A stretch of DNA of 64,000 nucleotides from Felis catus (Eukaryota). Position 1 is the first letter of the stretch; each line of letters starts with the position of its first letter. Below, piece after piece: positions 50,768 through 63,768 of this stretch. The notes below the pieces were generated by a model, which was given only the letters and a program-made list of their open reading frames with translations, was not told the DNA's origin and did no database searches. A program made the position numbers and the translations under genes. Location of the stretch: assembly GCF_018350175.1 (NCBI RefSeq), contig NC_058368.1, positions 180,980,001-181,044,000 of the forward strand. The letters run 5' to 3'.

Positions 50768-50995
50768 TTTTTTTTTAATGTTTGTTTGTTTACTTATTTA
50801 GAGAGAACTGGGAAGGGGAAGAGAGGGAGAGGGAGAGAGGGAGAGAGGGAGGGAGGGAGGGAGGGAGGGAGGGAGGGAGAGGGAGAGAGAGAATATGAAT
50901 CCCAACACAGGGCTGGAACTCACAAACCCTGAGATCATGACCTAAGCCAAAACCAAGAGTCGGACACTTAACCGACTGAGTCACTCAGGTGCCCC
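50768..50995 (-). mobile_element. Can-SINE with (GGGA)n expansion
   Basis: Body through ...cactcaggtgcccc; TSD aaactcctttt. Confidence 0.95.
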
Positions 50996-53379
50996 TTAAA
51001 CTCCTTTTCTAAAAGGAAAAGTATCTCAAACAAAAAAATCTCCAAAGATTTCTACAAATATGCACAGCATGGTGGCATAAGTACCATGTGGGCATTTATT
51101 GCCAACCAGAAAATGACCTTCATTGAGGAGGAGAAATATTCTGAGTATAATTTCCTATAAACTGCTAAATTGAAATTTCTATTACAAAACACAAGCTAGT
51201 TTTGACAAACTGAAAGAAAATACAACAGATTCAATAACAGGGCAGAACAAAATACTCATAAACCTCCCCTTAGGCCTTAGACAGTCATTATTACTTTACC
51301 AGGACCATATTCCAATCTAAAGGAGAAAATTGATTGTTTAAACAATATTATTTAACAATCTCCCATTAATTGACATTTCCCAGTTGTTGGGTTCACCCAA
51401 TTACATTAGCCTTTAAACAGGCAGCACACTTCCATAATTTTTAATAAAAATGGCCATTTTGCAAGATTTAACTTGCTAAATAAGGGTATTAATTTCAATA
51501 AAGCAATTAGCACATTTACATAATTTGATATTGTTATTTTAATAGAACACAAGAGCTTTAAAAGGCAGTTTCTAATACAGGAAGGAGAATAGTGGCCTAT
51601 TCACATGCAAAAACTAAACTTTAGCTCCCTGATAAAAAGTTAACAATAATAGGTCTTTATATTTTAGAAATAAGTAAAATTAGAGAGTCAAGGGCTTGGG
51701 AGTCGGCATTCAATATGCTTCAGCATAAACACCTGGACAAGGAGCCAAGGTGGGAGGAGAAGGCAGAGAAGGAAGTCCCTTACAGGAATACCAAGAGGCT
51801 ACTCAAAGGTGGAAAATGGTGCCTAGGTGTTTTGATGATGTTTTTGCAATAGAGCAGTTTGGTGAATGTGCAGTGTTGACAAGGATGTTCAGTTAGAGCA
51901 CAAGGGAAGGTAATAAGAAGTAAATAAAGCAAAGTGGGGTTACCACTGAAAACATACTGCCAAATTTAGGTATGTATTGAAATGAAAGCATTTGCCTTCC
52001 TAATGATGTCTACATTCCAACATGATAAGTGTCTCTTCCTGGCAACTGCCTGGCAGTATCTTATGGCCAGTCTGGCCTGGGCTGCATCAATTTTATTGGG
52101 ACCTCTTCCTCAGTTGTAGCTGAGGCTGGACATTTTTAGGAGCCTTTGCGGTTCCCACCTACCCTGTCCCAGGAGTGGAGTTGGGGTTCATTTTTGTTGG
52201 GTGTGTTGGTGGTGTGCAGGCCAATAGAACTCCAGTCTTCTATGCTGTAGATAAAACACAAAATGGAGCACACTCTGCTTAGCCACTCCATTTAATATTA
52301 AGAAGCTTTACTTAATGCTTATAAACAAGGAGAACTGACAATTCTTAATGAAATAAAATGAGGGGAGGTAGCTTAACTTCATCCTCCTCAGCCTTCTTGA
52401 GATAAACCTTGCCAAAAATGAGGGGTAAGGGATGAAGCAGGGTGGAAGAAAAGAATTCTAGGAATAGGAACAGTGTGTGCAGAAGGCTTGCATCACACCA
52501 CTGGCCCTCATCCCAAGAGTCAACTCAGTCTCCTTTTCACGTCATCTACATTTAAAATGGTTATGTGGCATGCTACCTGGAGCCAGAATGTTGACAAGGC
52601 CTGTGAGACAAGTCCAGTTAAGCTAGGTGCACGCCCACAGTCTCAAAGCAAGCTCCTAATAAAAGGTGAGTATCCAGCACCATTCTTAGCACTAAATGTG
52701 TTCATGACACGTTAGAGGAATCTGAATTCAAACCTTGTCTAGCAATGTTGTTAAGTTTCAGAATTGAGGTGGGTATGAACAAACACATATCTATGTTATA
52801 AGAGTTGTAATCCTCTCTGCTTCTCCACCACAGTGGATAAATTGCAGGTCTTTGACACAGTCTTTGATTCAGGGGGGTCTCAGATGATGCCTATTGGAGG
52901 CCCAACAAAATACACAAAAAGAAATGTCAAGAAACTAAAGGATTTATTACTGATTCTGCAAGCTTTACTTTGGGTAGAGTTGGAAGCTTCATTTTGGGAT
53001 AACCATTTAAAATTTAAAACATACAAATTTTGCATTTGCACAGCTGGGGTTTCTTCAATAAAACATATTTATTAACCCATCATGATGACTTATTCTCTCA
53101 ATTAATTACTAACAACAGAAATTCAAGCAATCAATTCTACAGGATAAAATTGAAGCTAAGGGAACTTGAGATGGTTAGAGGCATCCCTGGTCATCAGCAA
53201 GCCCCTGAAATGAAAGGCACAGTAACGGCATAGATTTCTAAAAGTTAAAATTATTGTGTTTTTTAAAAAAGGAAGAACAAAGGACAGGAAAAGAGAGAAT
53301 GGGAAGGAAAGAAGTCCCTCTGTTATAACTTAGAATACTGGGATCATCAAACCAATGGCATCATAATGCCTTCCCCCAT

Positions 53380-53700
53380 CAGCTAACAGTCTAGGTGGGT
53401 GACTAGACAGGGAGAAGTGACAGTGGAGAATAACTCTGATGCAGACAGCAGCTGTTGTGCACCTGGGGAGGTACATACATCACTAGACAGGGAGATGGGG
53501 CAAATGTGGAACACAACCCTTGGGAGTGTGGCCTTGAGTTGGCCCTTAAAGCATGAGTAGAAACTAGGAAAAAGCAGAGGGGTTGAAGTTGGATGGAGGA
53601 AGAGCATTTCAGGCCAAAGCTACTTTAAGAGAGAAAGAGACCAAGGCTTCTCTGAGGAAAGGAAGGAATTCAGGGCAATGGTCAGCAGCAGCAAAAGATG
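53380..53700 (-). mobile_element. L2 fragment
   Basis: ctaacagtctaggtgg...ggccttgagttggcccttaaagcatgagtag...agagcatttcaggc. Confidence 0.6.
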
Positions 53701-53944
53701 TCTCAGAAAGGTAAACAAGGAAAAAAAGGCCCTCGACCACTCCAGACCCTGGGAACCCAAGCCCAGCAGAAATTTGCAAGCTGGGAGCCAAGGGTCAGAT
53801 TTGCATTTGAGAAGACTTCATTGTGAGGCTTCACTAGAAATACTGGGGGAAGAAGGGAGAGAGTCTGAGGATGGTGTTGGTGGGGATAAAACCAGGTACA
53901 CATACCAGAGATATGTAGCCAGTGAGATCCACAAAATCGATACT

Positions 53945-54164
53945 TTTTAAATTTTTTTAATGTTTTTATTTATTTTTATGACAGAGAGAGAGACAGAGCA
54001 TGAGCAGGGGAGGGACAGAAAGAGAGGGAGACACAGAATCTGCAGCAGGCTCCAGGCTCTGAGCTGTCAGCACAGAGCCCTATGCGGGGCTTGAACCCAC
54101 AGACTGTGAGATCATGACCTGAGCCGAAGTCGGATGCTTAACGACTGAGCCACCCAGGCACCCC
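53945..54164 (-). mobile_element. Can-SINE
   Basis: Full body; degenerate TSD ccacaaaatcgatact/ccacaaaattaatgct. Confidence 0.96.
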
Positions 54165-54399
54165 CACAAAATTAATGCTTAATAACGATTTAGCATGAGG
54201 CATAATACAATCACAAGTATTCACTGGAAGAAAAAATATGCCAGATAAATATGAAAATAGACACCATTTAAAGTTCACCAAAGAAGACCTTCAAAGCCTC
54301 TTTTGACTCACAAGGGCTTTCAGGAAGTACAGACATCCCCCTTTATCTTTGGTTTTGCTTCTCATATTCAGTTAGCTCCTGGCTCCCACCTCTTACTGT

Positions 54400-54740
54400 T
54401 ACCCTTTTCTGGACAACATCCCATGGGATCTTTGTACACCCGATTCTTCTTGCATTTAGATCTCAGCACCAAGAGAAATCTTCCCTGATAACTCCACCTT
54501 AAGTGGTTTCTCTCTCTTATACATGCACACCTCTCTTCTGTTCCAGCACTCTAGGATTTTTTTTTCTTTGAGAACACTTCCCAAAATATTTTACCAAATT
54601 TCTTATCTCCTTCCTACTTTACCCCCAGTAGATTAAAAGCTACATCTTATTTGTCTCATATACCCCTCTTCCGCTAGTACCTGGGTTATGTCTGGACCAT
54701 AGCAGATGCTCCATAAAATACTTATCACGTGAATAAATGA
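54400..54740 (+). mobile_element. L2 fragment
   Basis: ggatctttgtacac...catttagatctcagc...ttccctgataac...tctggaccatagcagatgctccataaaatactt. Confidence 0.6.
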
Positions 54741-55299
54741 GACCCTTACAATTTTTTTTTCATTTTATTTTTAAAGGAATTCTGATTTATATAGGCAGAG
54801 ATTCAGATAGGTTAAGAAACTTGCCCAAAGTCACAAGCAAGTAAATGGAACAACTATTTTGCCCTCAGTCTTTTTCAGTTGGTAATAATGCTGCTGGAGA
54901 CAAAGGCAAGTCACACTGAAGCTGAACAGGTGCGCTATGTGAATAATTTGGTATGTGTACTAATATTTACTGATTTAAGACACAGTGAGATATATAAAGC
55001 AACAATGGACCAAAGGAAAAGAACCTATCTGTGATTTCACTGCAACAAGTATCTTGGGTCAATTACAAAGTACTCAGGAAATTCACTTCTGATCAAGCAG
55101 GTAGTGACAAATGCACAGAGTCAGGAAGACAGGGGAATTCATGGATTTATAGTCTTGTGAGTATTAACACCGAAATTTACAGCCGCACTGGACACTGCCT
55201 TTTACACTATATTCAAGTCCTTGCTTAGTGGGATATATATCCAATTTGGAGAAATGAAGGGCTTGTTTTCTTTCAGACTTTTAAAACTAAGTATCAAAT

Positions 55300-56130
55300 C
55301 CCAATTATGTGGGAATACTGTACTGAGTGCTAAGGACACAGCAATGACGCAGATTAGTTGTGGTCCCTGCTCCAAGAGCTAACTTTTTAAAGGGAGACCC
55401 CAAACTCACAAATATGTGGGATAAGTGCTATGAAGGAAATAAACAGGGTGATGAATTAGAAAATACAGGCAGTACCAAAAACAGGACGGTCAGTAAAAGG
55501 TTCCATGAACATTACTTGTGCATCCATTTCTTCAAAAGATATTGAGTACCTACTAAATGCATATTTTAGAACCTCAAATTATGGTAGTAATGAGGGAAGT
55601 GAGGGAGGGAGCATTGCATACATCTAGGTGAAGACCATTAAGATAAGGTACATCAAAAGCAAATGGGAGAATGTTCAGTCTGTTTGAGGGATGTGGGAAA
55701 ATCGGAGTATGACCAAGAGAGGGTGGGAAGAAGAGGATGTCTAGAAGCAACTGAGGCCAGATTGTGGAGGGCCTTTGAGGTCACTGTAAAGACCTGGGCT
55801 TGTATCCCCAGTGAGATGGGAGGCCTTTGGAAGGCTGTGAGCAGAGCTGGGACCATTCAGATTGTAACCAGCGCCCTCTGGCGGTTGTATGAAGAACACA
55901 TTTATGAATGAAGCAGGAGAGGCAGGAAGAGTTTTGCAGCCAGGAGTGCCAAGTGCAAAGATCCAGAGACAGGGCAACTCTGGCACTTTCCAGAAACAGA
56001 AAGAAGCCTCATGTGACCATAGAACAAGGAATCAAGGCAGAGAGTGGCATGAGATGAGCCTGCAAGAGCCCAATCAGGAAAGGCATCAGAATTTCATTCT
56101 GAATACAAGGAAAACCATGGATACAAGAAT
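55300..56130 (-). mobile_element. L2 fragments
   Basis: gtgctaaggacacagcaatga...ggtccctgctc...ataagtgctatgaaggaaataaacagggt; ggccagattgtggagggccttt...gagatgggaggcctttggaaggctgtgagcagag; gccaagtgcaaagatccagag. Confidence 0.8.
55868..55887 (-). promoter_or_regulatory. Near-consensus CTCF motif
   Basis: Minus strand caaCCGCCAGAGGGCGCtgg against the CTCF core CC(A/G)(C/G)(C/T)AG(A/G)(G/T)GGC(A/G)(C/G); both CpGs retained. Confidence 0.65.
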
Positions 56131-57204
56131 CTTTTTATAAAGCCAGCAAATGCCTTAGGCCAAGGCTCACTTTATAATGCTTTTCTTTGCTCAGTTGGCC
56201 TTAGCCAAGAGTGGGACAGTAAAGTGCGTTTTATAAACACTAAGTACAAAAATACCTTAATTTTTCAAAGTGTGCCAATAGAGTTATAACTACTCAACAT
56301 ACAACCTCATGCGAATTTAATGATAGATGCAATGGTTACAATGTTAAAGTCCTTCAAGACTAAAGAAATCGAATACTACCATTCTAGTTCCAAAGAGGGT
56401 TTTTGTAGTTGGCTGCCTTATCATACTCTCATTACCAATAAATTTCCTCATTTCTCCATGACTAGTCATAATGGAAACATGCATTTTCTGTAATTTAGGA
56501 GAAAAAGATCCAAGGTTCAAGTAGAAACATTTTTAAGAAAGTAGATAAAAACTTTAGGATTTTTCAGCTCTTCCAGACATACCCCCTGCTCCTCCTTTTT
56601 AGTCTACAACAAGTACCCATGAATGAACAAGGGTCCATTTTCTATAGCTTTCATGGAAAATGAGCAATACTTTATTCTGGCCACAGCATCTTTCACATTA
56701 GAAACCCTGGCTTGATATGCTCAAAGAGAGTTTATCTCCAATGGGTACACTGATGGGGTTCAAAGGATTCTTTTTACCAAATATTAACAGCTAATCATGC
56801 AGCCAGCCATAGCCACATGCTTGCTGACACCAGTAATTGTCTGCTTGTAGGATTCAGTGCTTGAGGGAAGGCACAAGTGACACAGCTGAGCTTCACTGAG
56901 CTAGACACACAGGCTAGGGGGTGACACATGGGTATTCATAGCTGGAAGTTGACAGGGGAGATGTTCTACCAACTTCTACTTACCTCTAGTCCTGGGACAA
57001 ATCTTACTCAACATCTTTGGGAATTTTATTTCTACAGCATGAATGGAAAAAAAATGGAGCTGAGAATTTCATGTCTGGGTTAATTTAATTTTAAAGCTGA
57101 AGAAGGAATGACTCATGTTTTAAATACACTTAGAAATATGCTTTTCTGATTTTTGAGAATCATTTGGAATTTCTCTCAAATCATATCAGAAATGAGGAAC
57201 TCAG

Positions 57205-57708
57205 TCATGGTAGACATAATAATGAGCTCCCAAAGATGTCCACGTCTTAATCCCTAGAATTTCTGAATATGTTACCTTCCATGGCAAAAGGGACTTTACA
57301 GATGTAATTAATATTGAGGACCTTGAGATAGGTAGATTATCCTGCATTATCTAGGTGGGCTCAATCTAATTCATGAATCTGTAATAAATGGAGAAACTTT
57401 CCTGGCTGCGGTCAGAAGGAAATGGGACAATGAAAAAGCAGGGTCGGAGAAACATGGCATTGCTATCTTTGACGATGGAGAACAGGGCCATGAACCAAGG
57501 AGGGCAGGCAGCTTCTAAAACCTGGAAAAGGCAAGGGAAGATTCTCCTCTGGAGCACAAAGAAACGCAACCCTGCCGACAGTTTGATTTTAGCCCAGTGC
57601 AACTTGTGTCAGACTTCTGACATCCAGAACTAGGAGATAATAAATTTGTGTTGTTTTTAGTCCCTACCTGTGATAATCTGTTATGGCAGCAATAGAAAAA
57701 CTAATGCA
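57205..57708 (+). mobile_element. MaLR LTR (MLT1D-like solo LTR, near full length)
   Basis: cccaaagatgtccacgtcttaatccctagaa...ggcaaaagggactttacagatgtaatta...ggaaaaggcaaggga...gacttctgacatccagaact...aataaatttgtgttg...gcagcaatagaaaaactaatgca. Confidence 0.93.
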
Positions 57709-58739
57709 TAAGGTTGTTAGTTGTGTTTGATACAAAATTAAGCCACTCAGTTTTTCATCATTCTTTTCAAATGATGTATTACCTTTTGTAAAACGTGCTA
57801 AATAATGATAGCTGATTATATTAACTGACTTCTCTGAAAATGGAAATGGGGATTAGGTATAACATCAAGCTAATGAATGGCTGAAGGACAAAAGGTCCTA
57901 AGGCTTTTAATCCCTTAATACTATGGTAAGTAGGATCAAAAGAGAGGAGATAGAAGTTTTCTCCTAGAAAATTAAGTAATTGGGCTACTAGAATTCAGGG
58001 ATTTATTATGCTAAATACACATGCCTATTTCCTAATAAATTGCCATTTGTAATAGATTACTGCAGATTTCATTCTGACACAGCACACACCCTACTTGCTC
58101 TTCTGCATAACGCTCCTTCCAGATCGTCTTTTGAGAAATGCATATTATGTTCAAGTAACTAAGGGGCTTTACAGCTTCAGTATAGTCTGTAAACATAAGT
58201 TGTCCACTTCTGTTTTTCTGGTCTTCTCCTTTAATTCAAAAGCTCCGATGTTAGCCCAACACCTCTATTTAAATTATGGCTCCACATTCAAGCAGAGAGC
58301 ACACATTATTCTTGTTCTCTTTTGAAGACATCTTTTAGGAAGATGCACTAAAATAAATACATGCAGTATTTCAGAGGAAAAAAATGCAAGTGAATAGAAT
58401 CCTTTTACAAACAATGTAATCATATGTGAGCATCTGCTCTAACTACTTACTTATAAACACGAGTGGGGAGAATCACTTAAGTATCAACAATAAATTCAGT
58501 TCAACAAATGTACTGAGTGCCTACTAGGGAAAAGCCTGTGTTAGCATATTGATGTGACGTTAGGCTTTTGTCATTCTTACTCCTAGAGATGGTAGGAAGA
58601 GGCTATGGACTAGAGCATTCTTTTCTTTCATCACTGCCCCCAAAACCATTAAGATGGTGTACATGCGGTCAGGATGCAATATTTTGTGCCCACATGTTGT
58701 TTTTTTTTTCCCTATATGCATGGCTAGGTTTTATGTTTG

Positions 58740-58741
<2 letters not shown>

Positions 58742-58778
<37 letters not shown>
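58742..58778. repeat. (TG)n microsatellite
   Basis: Read directly. Confidence 0.97.
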
Positions 58779-58781
<3 letters not shown>

Positions 58782-58951
58782 CGTTACACAATTTAAGGTC
58801 AACTAAGTCTACTTTTTTTCAAATAAATATCATAGCATTTGTCACTAAAAAGTAATTGATATGAAAATGTGATTGGTGTTTCACATACTATGTTTTGTGG
58901 AACATTTTAACTTACTGAAGTTTTTCTTGGGAAATTGGCTTTAACAATGCT

Positions 58952-59081
58952 TTCTTTTTTTAAGTAGGTTTCATGCCCAGCAAAGAGCCCAAGGTGGGAC
59001 TTAAACTTACAACCCTGAGATCAAGACCTGAGCTGAGATCAAGAGTCAGATGCTCAACTGACTAAGCCACCTAGATGCCTC
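58952..59081 (-). mobile_element. Short Can-SINE variant lacking the CT tract
   Basis: ttttttttaagtaggtttcatgcccagc...ccctgagatcaagacctgagctgagatcaagagtcagatgctcaactgactaagccacctagatgcc. Confidence 0.9.
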
Positions 59082-59091
59082 AAAGCATTCC

Positions 59092-59118
59092 TTATTATTA
59101 TTATTATTATTATTATTA
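59092..59118. repeat. (TTA)9 microsatellite
   Basis: Read directly. Confidence 0.95.
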
Positions 59119-59295
59119 AGTATTCGTAGCCTTCTGTAGTACAGAAACCAATTTACATTTGTGGGTCACAGAGCTTCCTGAATTCACTGGGACACACAAC
59201 CCCTCTTCTTCAAGCACATTTCTTTCTCCCCATCTCAAATGTGTGTTTATCCTGTGGCATGCCCTTGGAATGCAGTTTTGAAAACGTTGTTTTAG

Positions 59296-59506
59296 AATGG
59301 GGCTTCCTCACCTGGGCACCCTTGACATCTTGGCCTGGGCAGTTCTTCGTTGGGGGCAGCGCTGTCCTGTGCATTGCAGGATGCTCCCCAGCATCCCTGG
59401 ATTCTATCCACTAGATGCCACTAGTGTGAAACAAAAATGTCTGCAGACACTGCCAAGATCCTTTCCCGGGGCAGGGGACAAATTACCCCCTGGTTGAGAA
59501 TTACTC
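59296..59506 (-). mobile_element. hAT-Charlie MITE, MER20-like
   Basis: ggcacccttgacatcttggcc...gctgtcctgtgcattgcaggatg...cagcatccctgg...ccactagatgcca...aaaaatgtctgcagacactgccaa...ccctggttgagaattact. Confidence 0.88.
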
Positions 59507-60329
59507 TTCTAGAGTGTCTGCTAAGGCCCTGGAAAGACCATCTTTTGTGTACTTAGATGCAAATATTCTGGTTATGTATTTTTTACTTCCTTCTTGCCAT
59601 TATGTCCAAACATCATCCATGGCTTAGGCTACTTATTGTCGGTCATTCTGCACTCATTTTTAGTACTTTAAACATCCATTTTGCCTTTCACCTCCTGAGA
59701 AACACATTCTCTCCCTGTGGAAATTTAAGCTGGTCAAGTCATCCCCCTACACTTCAGGGCCCTCCGAGATAAAACCTTTAGGAACTTTTCTGACATCTTA
59801 GTGTTGTCTTAAACTCTCAATACTTGTCACCAAAGAGCTGTCTTTTCTACCTAGTCCTTTGTGATAAATCATTGAGACCAAGGGTACTGACTCAAGAATG
59901 GGGCTTGGTCCAGTGGGAACTCCACAAGCGTGTAGGCCAATTCATCTCACAAAGTGTTTCCATTCTAAAATTCACCTTGAAGGATGGTGCATGTTTTATT
60001 AGGAATGGGATCTCCTACCTGACAAAATTTCTTTCATCTCTTCTATTTTAACTACATTTCCAACATTTCCTGTCCTTGATTTTTTGTGTAGAATTCTTTA
60101 CATCCTTCTTTTATGTATATACTTGTGAATACCTAAAAAACAATTTTTAACATATGAATTGAGCGCAACATCTAGTTTAGTTGTACACTTTAAGGACATA
60201 AAAACTGGAAACAATAATTATTACTACTTTGGAGCCTGTGCGTCTCCAGAATTGTCCTTGTTTTTACATATTTTGTCTCCAATTCACACCAAAAAAACAA
60301 ACAAACAAAAAAACAACAAGAAAAATCTG

Positions 60330-60420
60330 GCCAATTAATATTACCACTGTGTTGATAAGGAAACTGAAGCTCAGTAAGGGTGAGTGAAATGCCAAAGGTC
60401 ACAAAACTCATAAATTGTGA
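60330..60420 (-). mobile_element. MIR fragment
   Basis: gataaggaaactgaagctcagtaagggtgagtgaaatgccaaaggtcaca. Confidence 0.7.
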
Positions 60421-61364
60421 AGGAAAGAAGAAAAAAAACCCAATCAAACCCAACTATTGATTCACACTAGACTTTCTTAACTGGAGCTTGCTTTGTTGTG
60501 CTTGGAAATTGGTTTCTGTCTAATTTGTCTGAATCATGATCTAGGATATGACCTGAAAACCCTTATTCTTTTTAACATACAATGGATAAAATGATTCAGA
60601 TATCAAACCTCACTCAACCTTTGAATTACCTATTTGACTTTAGTCCCTTTTAGTCCCTGAGGGTTATGCCGTCTCTGTGCTTTTCATTATTACCAATGGT
60701 TCATCTGGGATTTGTTCATCCCAGGAGATTTTTCAAAGCACTGTAACATACATTATTTCTGGTAAGGCAGAGAGGACAGGGGTGATTGCCCTGTTTTAGA
60801 GAGGCAGACACCAAGCCACAGAGAAGCTGTAACTTGCCCTGGTCAGCAGCTCTTCTGTGAGTGGACCAGCAACAGGACCCAATTTGTCAGACAATAAGCC
60901 CAAAAATGTTCCCCTCACACCACATGGCTTCAAGAGAGGTCCTCGGAGCAGGACCAGTTCTACCACAACAGAGAGAGGGATGGAAGAAATTATGAGGACA
61001 TGTAAAAAATACACTAAGACAAAGTGGACGATGGCTTTCCAGATCTTCAGTCTGTGAAGAGAATTGAAGTCCTCCAAGTTATGTTAGAGAAATGGTGTCC
61101 TTTTGATTCAGGAAATAGCTTTTATGGTATGACTAAAAGCAAATTCATATATGGATGATAGATATTCAGAATTTCAGAACAGCCAAAGCTTTAGAAATCA
61201 CCTACTTAAAATTAAAACTCATTTGCAAATTAGCAGGACTAAAAATCTAAGAGGAAAAGTAAGGCTGTTTGACAAATATAGAACAACTCACTGTAATTCC
61301 AAGTTCAAAGACACACACTGGTCTGTCAGAGTGAAGTTCTTTGCCTGCAAGGGCCTTTTGTGGT

Positions 61365-61530
61365 AGTACCTGTGACAATATTTGCCCCACCGAGATTACA
61401 GACCTTGTTTATTTTAATCCCCATTTTTCAGATTTAAAAACTGAGGCTCAGAGTGGTGAACTCAAGGGCACAAGTCTGTCAGTGATGCAGTTTTGATCCT
61501 GAGAGAGGATTCCAAAGATCACTCTCTTTC
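61365..61530 (-). mobile_element. MIR fragment
   Basis: atccccatttttcagatttaaaaactgaggctcagagtggtgaa. Confidence 0.65.
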
Positions 61531-62897
61531 CTTTGGTCTCATTCCTCTCAACCAGAAAGGGAAAATATGGTGCCCCTAAAAAGCAGAAAAATATCTTCCT
61601 TTTTAAACATTAATAAAATCTCTAAAAAGATAAATGGTATAAAAACTGTAGCATGCTGGTAAAAGGCATTCAAGAAGGCAAAGAATTCAGAGTATGAAGT
61701 GTGTGCCAAAGGAATCGTTCAATTACAACTCTTAGGTTATTTTAGGATCTCTGAGAATATGTTCAACCTATTTCTAAGTCATCTCACTTTGAGACTTTAA
61801 AGCTGAGGACGTAGGAGGGGTCAGTTTATAGCTAAGTATGAAGCACTCAAAATAGTGAGTTTGTGGTCAAATTAAAGAAAGCAGGTTAGTGTGGTCCAGT
61901 AGTACTGGAAAATGTACAAATCTGAGTTAAGATGGCTTTATGTTAATTGCAGTCACTTGAAAATAAAGGAAATGGAAAGGACTTAAAATTGATTTTTTCC
62001 TCCAGAATTTTGTATTATAGATACAGTACTGGCTTGCCTCAGAAAGTTGAGTTCACCCAGCTCCCCGATACTAGTGCTTAGTGTCCATTTGGATCGGTAA
62101 GACTTGCATGAAAGAGAATCTTCTATTTTACTTTTGCCCATTTCTCTAGAAGCCATTCAACTCATTTCATTAATTAAAAACATAAATAAAATACATTAAA
62201 AAAAACAAAGAAGCAACTTTCTGAGCTCCTTGACCTTGGCTCATTCTGCATTCCATTGATCTCCCCACCCAAAGGCCACAATCTGGAAGTTATGTAAATA
62301 TTAACAATAAAAGCCAATGAGTGAAACTGCTGTTAATTTCAACTGACATTAACCCATTGCTGATGAACACTCATATCTTAGTAATAAACTCTCAGATGAA
62401 AGGCAAGGGAGTGATGTACATTTTACAGACATGGCACAAAAATGAGAAACGGGTGGTACTCAAGGAGATGAAAGCTGAAGTCGACAGACTACCAGATTGC
62501 TGGAAAAGACATGAATGTTAAAGAGATACCTAGGGATCCTTCAAAATAGTTTTCCAGTCAGCATCCACCCTCAAGTGACTTGTTCTCAAACCTTCCTGAC
62601 AGGGGTCACAAAGGACCCCTCCATATCCCTGTATTCCCAGGCTGGTTTGGCATGAATGGGAGACGATATTCCTCATGGCCTGGAACACTTCTAGCACACA
62701 CTGGCAGCTGCCTGCAGTGTGTACTGCTGCTGGAAGGATTCTACCATCCGTCCCAGCTCAACTTCCTTTTGTGTTATGACAGCAAGCACAGGGTGCCTCA
62801 TCTTTGGACTTCCACTGTCCTTCTTAAAAGTCCCATTTGCAACATGTAACTTCACGAAACTCAGTAACTTCAGAGGGCATTAGAAAATTTAAAAATT

Positions 62898-63120
62898 GGG
62901 GCTCCTGGGTGGCTCAGTCAGTTAAGCATCCGACTTTGGCTCAGGTCATGATCTTGCGCTTCGTGAGTTCGAGCCCCGCCTTGGGCTCTGTGCTGACAGC
63001 TCAGAGCCTGGAGCCTGCTTCAGATCCTGTGTCTTCCTCTATCTCTCTGCCTCTCCCCTGCTCATGCTCTGTCACTTTCTGCCTCAAAAATAAATAAAAC
63101 ATCAAAAAAATTAAAAAAAA
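62898..63120 (+). mobile_element. Can-SINE
   Basis: ggggctcctgggtggctcagtcagttaagcatccgact...aaaaataaataaaacatcaaaaaaattaaaaaaaa; TSD agaaaatttaaaaatt/agaaaattaaaaaatt. Confidence 0.97.
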
Positions 63121-63734
63121 GAAAATTAAAAAATTCTCCAATAATGGAAGCATTCTAAAATAACGGAGTCCCCAACCTGAAATGGATCCCTTACGTGTCA
63201 CCAACAAATACTAGAATGTGGCAGCAATATATTCTGTATTTAGCAGCTTGCATGACATATATAAAATGAGAACTGAAAAAGGCAAGTTTTGATTTTTCTA
63301 CTGTTCTTATTTTGCTACTTTGACGTTTTTTTCTCTGCCATTTTGACCCCATCATTTATTCTGGATAAATGGGTTCTATATGGAAAGGTATAGGAAATTG
63401 ATTGAGAAATTAAGTTGGCTTAATTGTATTGTCCTTGGAAGTATTTTCAATTAAGTATTCACTAATTTTGGTACAATTCTGTTGATTTCTATGTTCATGA
63501 CCATAAAGTCAAAACATCCTAGGGGTCAAAACACTGAAAATGATGTTTTAATTCTATTGCTTTAAATCTTTCAATGGCTCATTTTGGAATAAATGGATTG
63601 TGATGGCCTCTTTTAGCCCCTTCCCCATTTGAGTCTCTACATGTAGCCCGTATTACCCATCTCCAGAGGCAGACTTCTTGAAATATCCTCAAAGAAATAT
63701 CCTCAAAGAAGATGTATAACGTGGTCCCCACCTT

Positions 63735-63768
63735 ATACATACACACACACACACATATACACACACAC
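63735..63768. repeat. Imperfect (CA)n microsatellite
   Basis: tacatacacacacacacacatatacacacacac. Confidence 0.9.
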
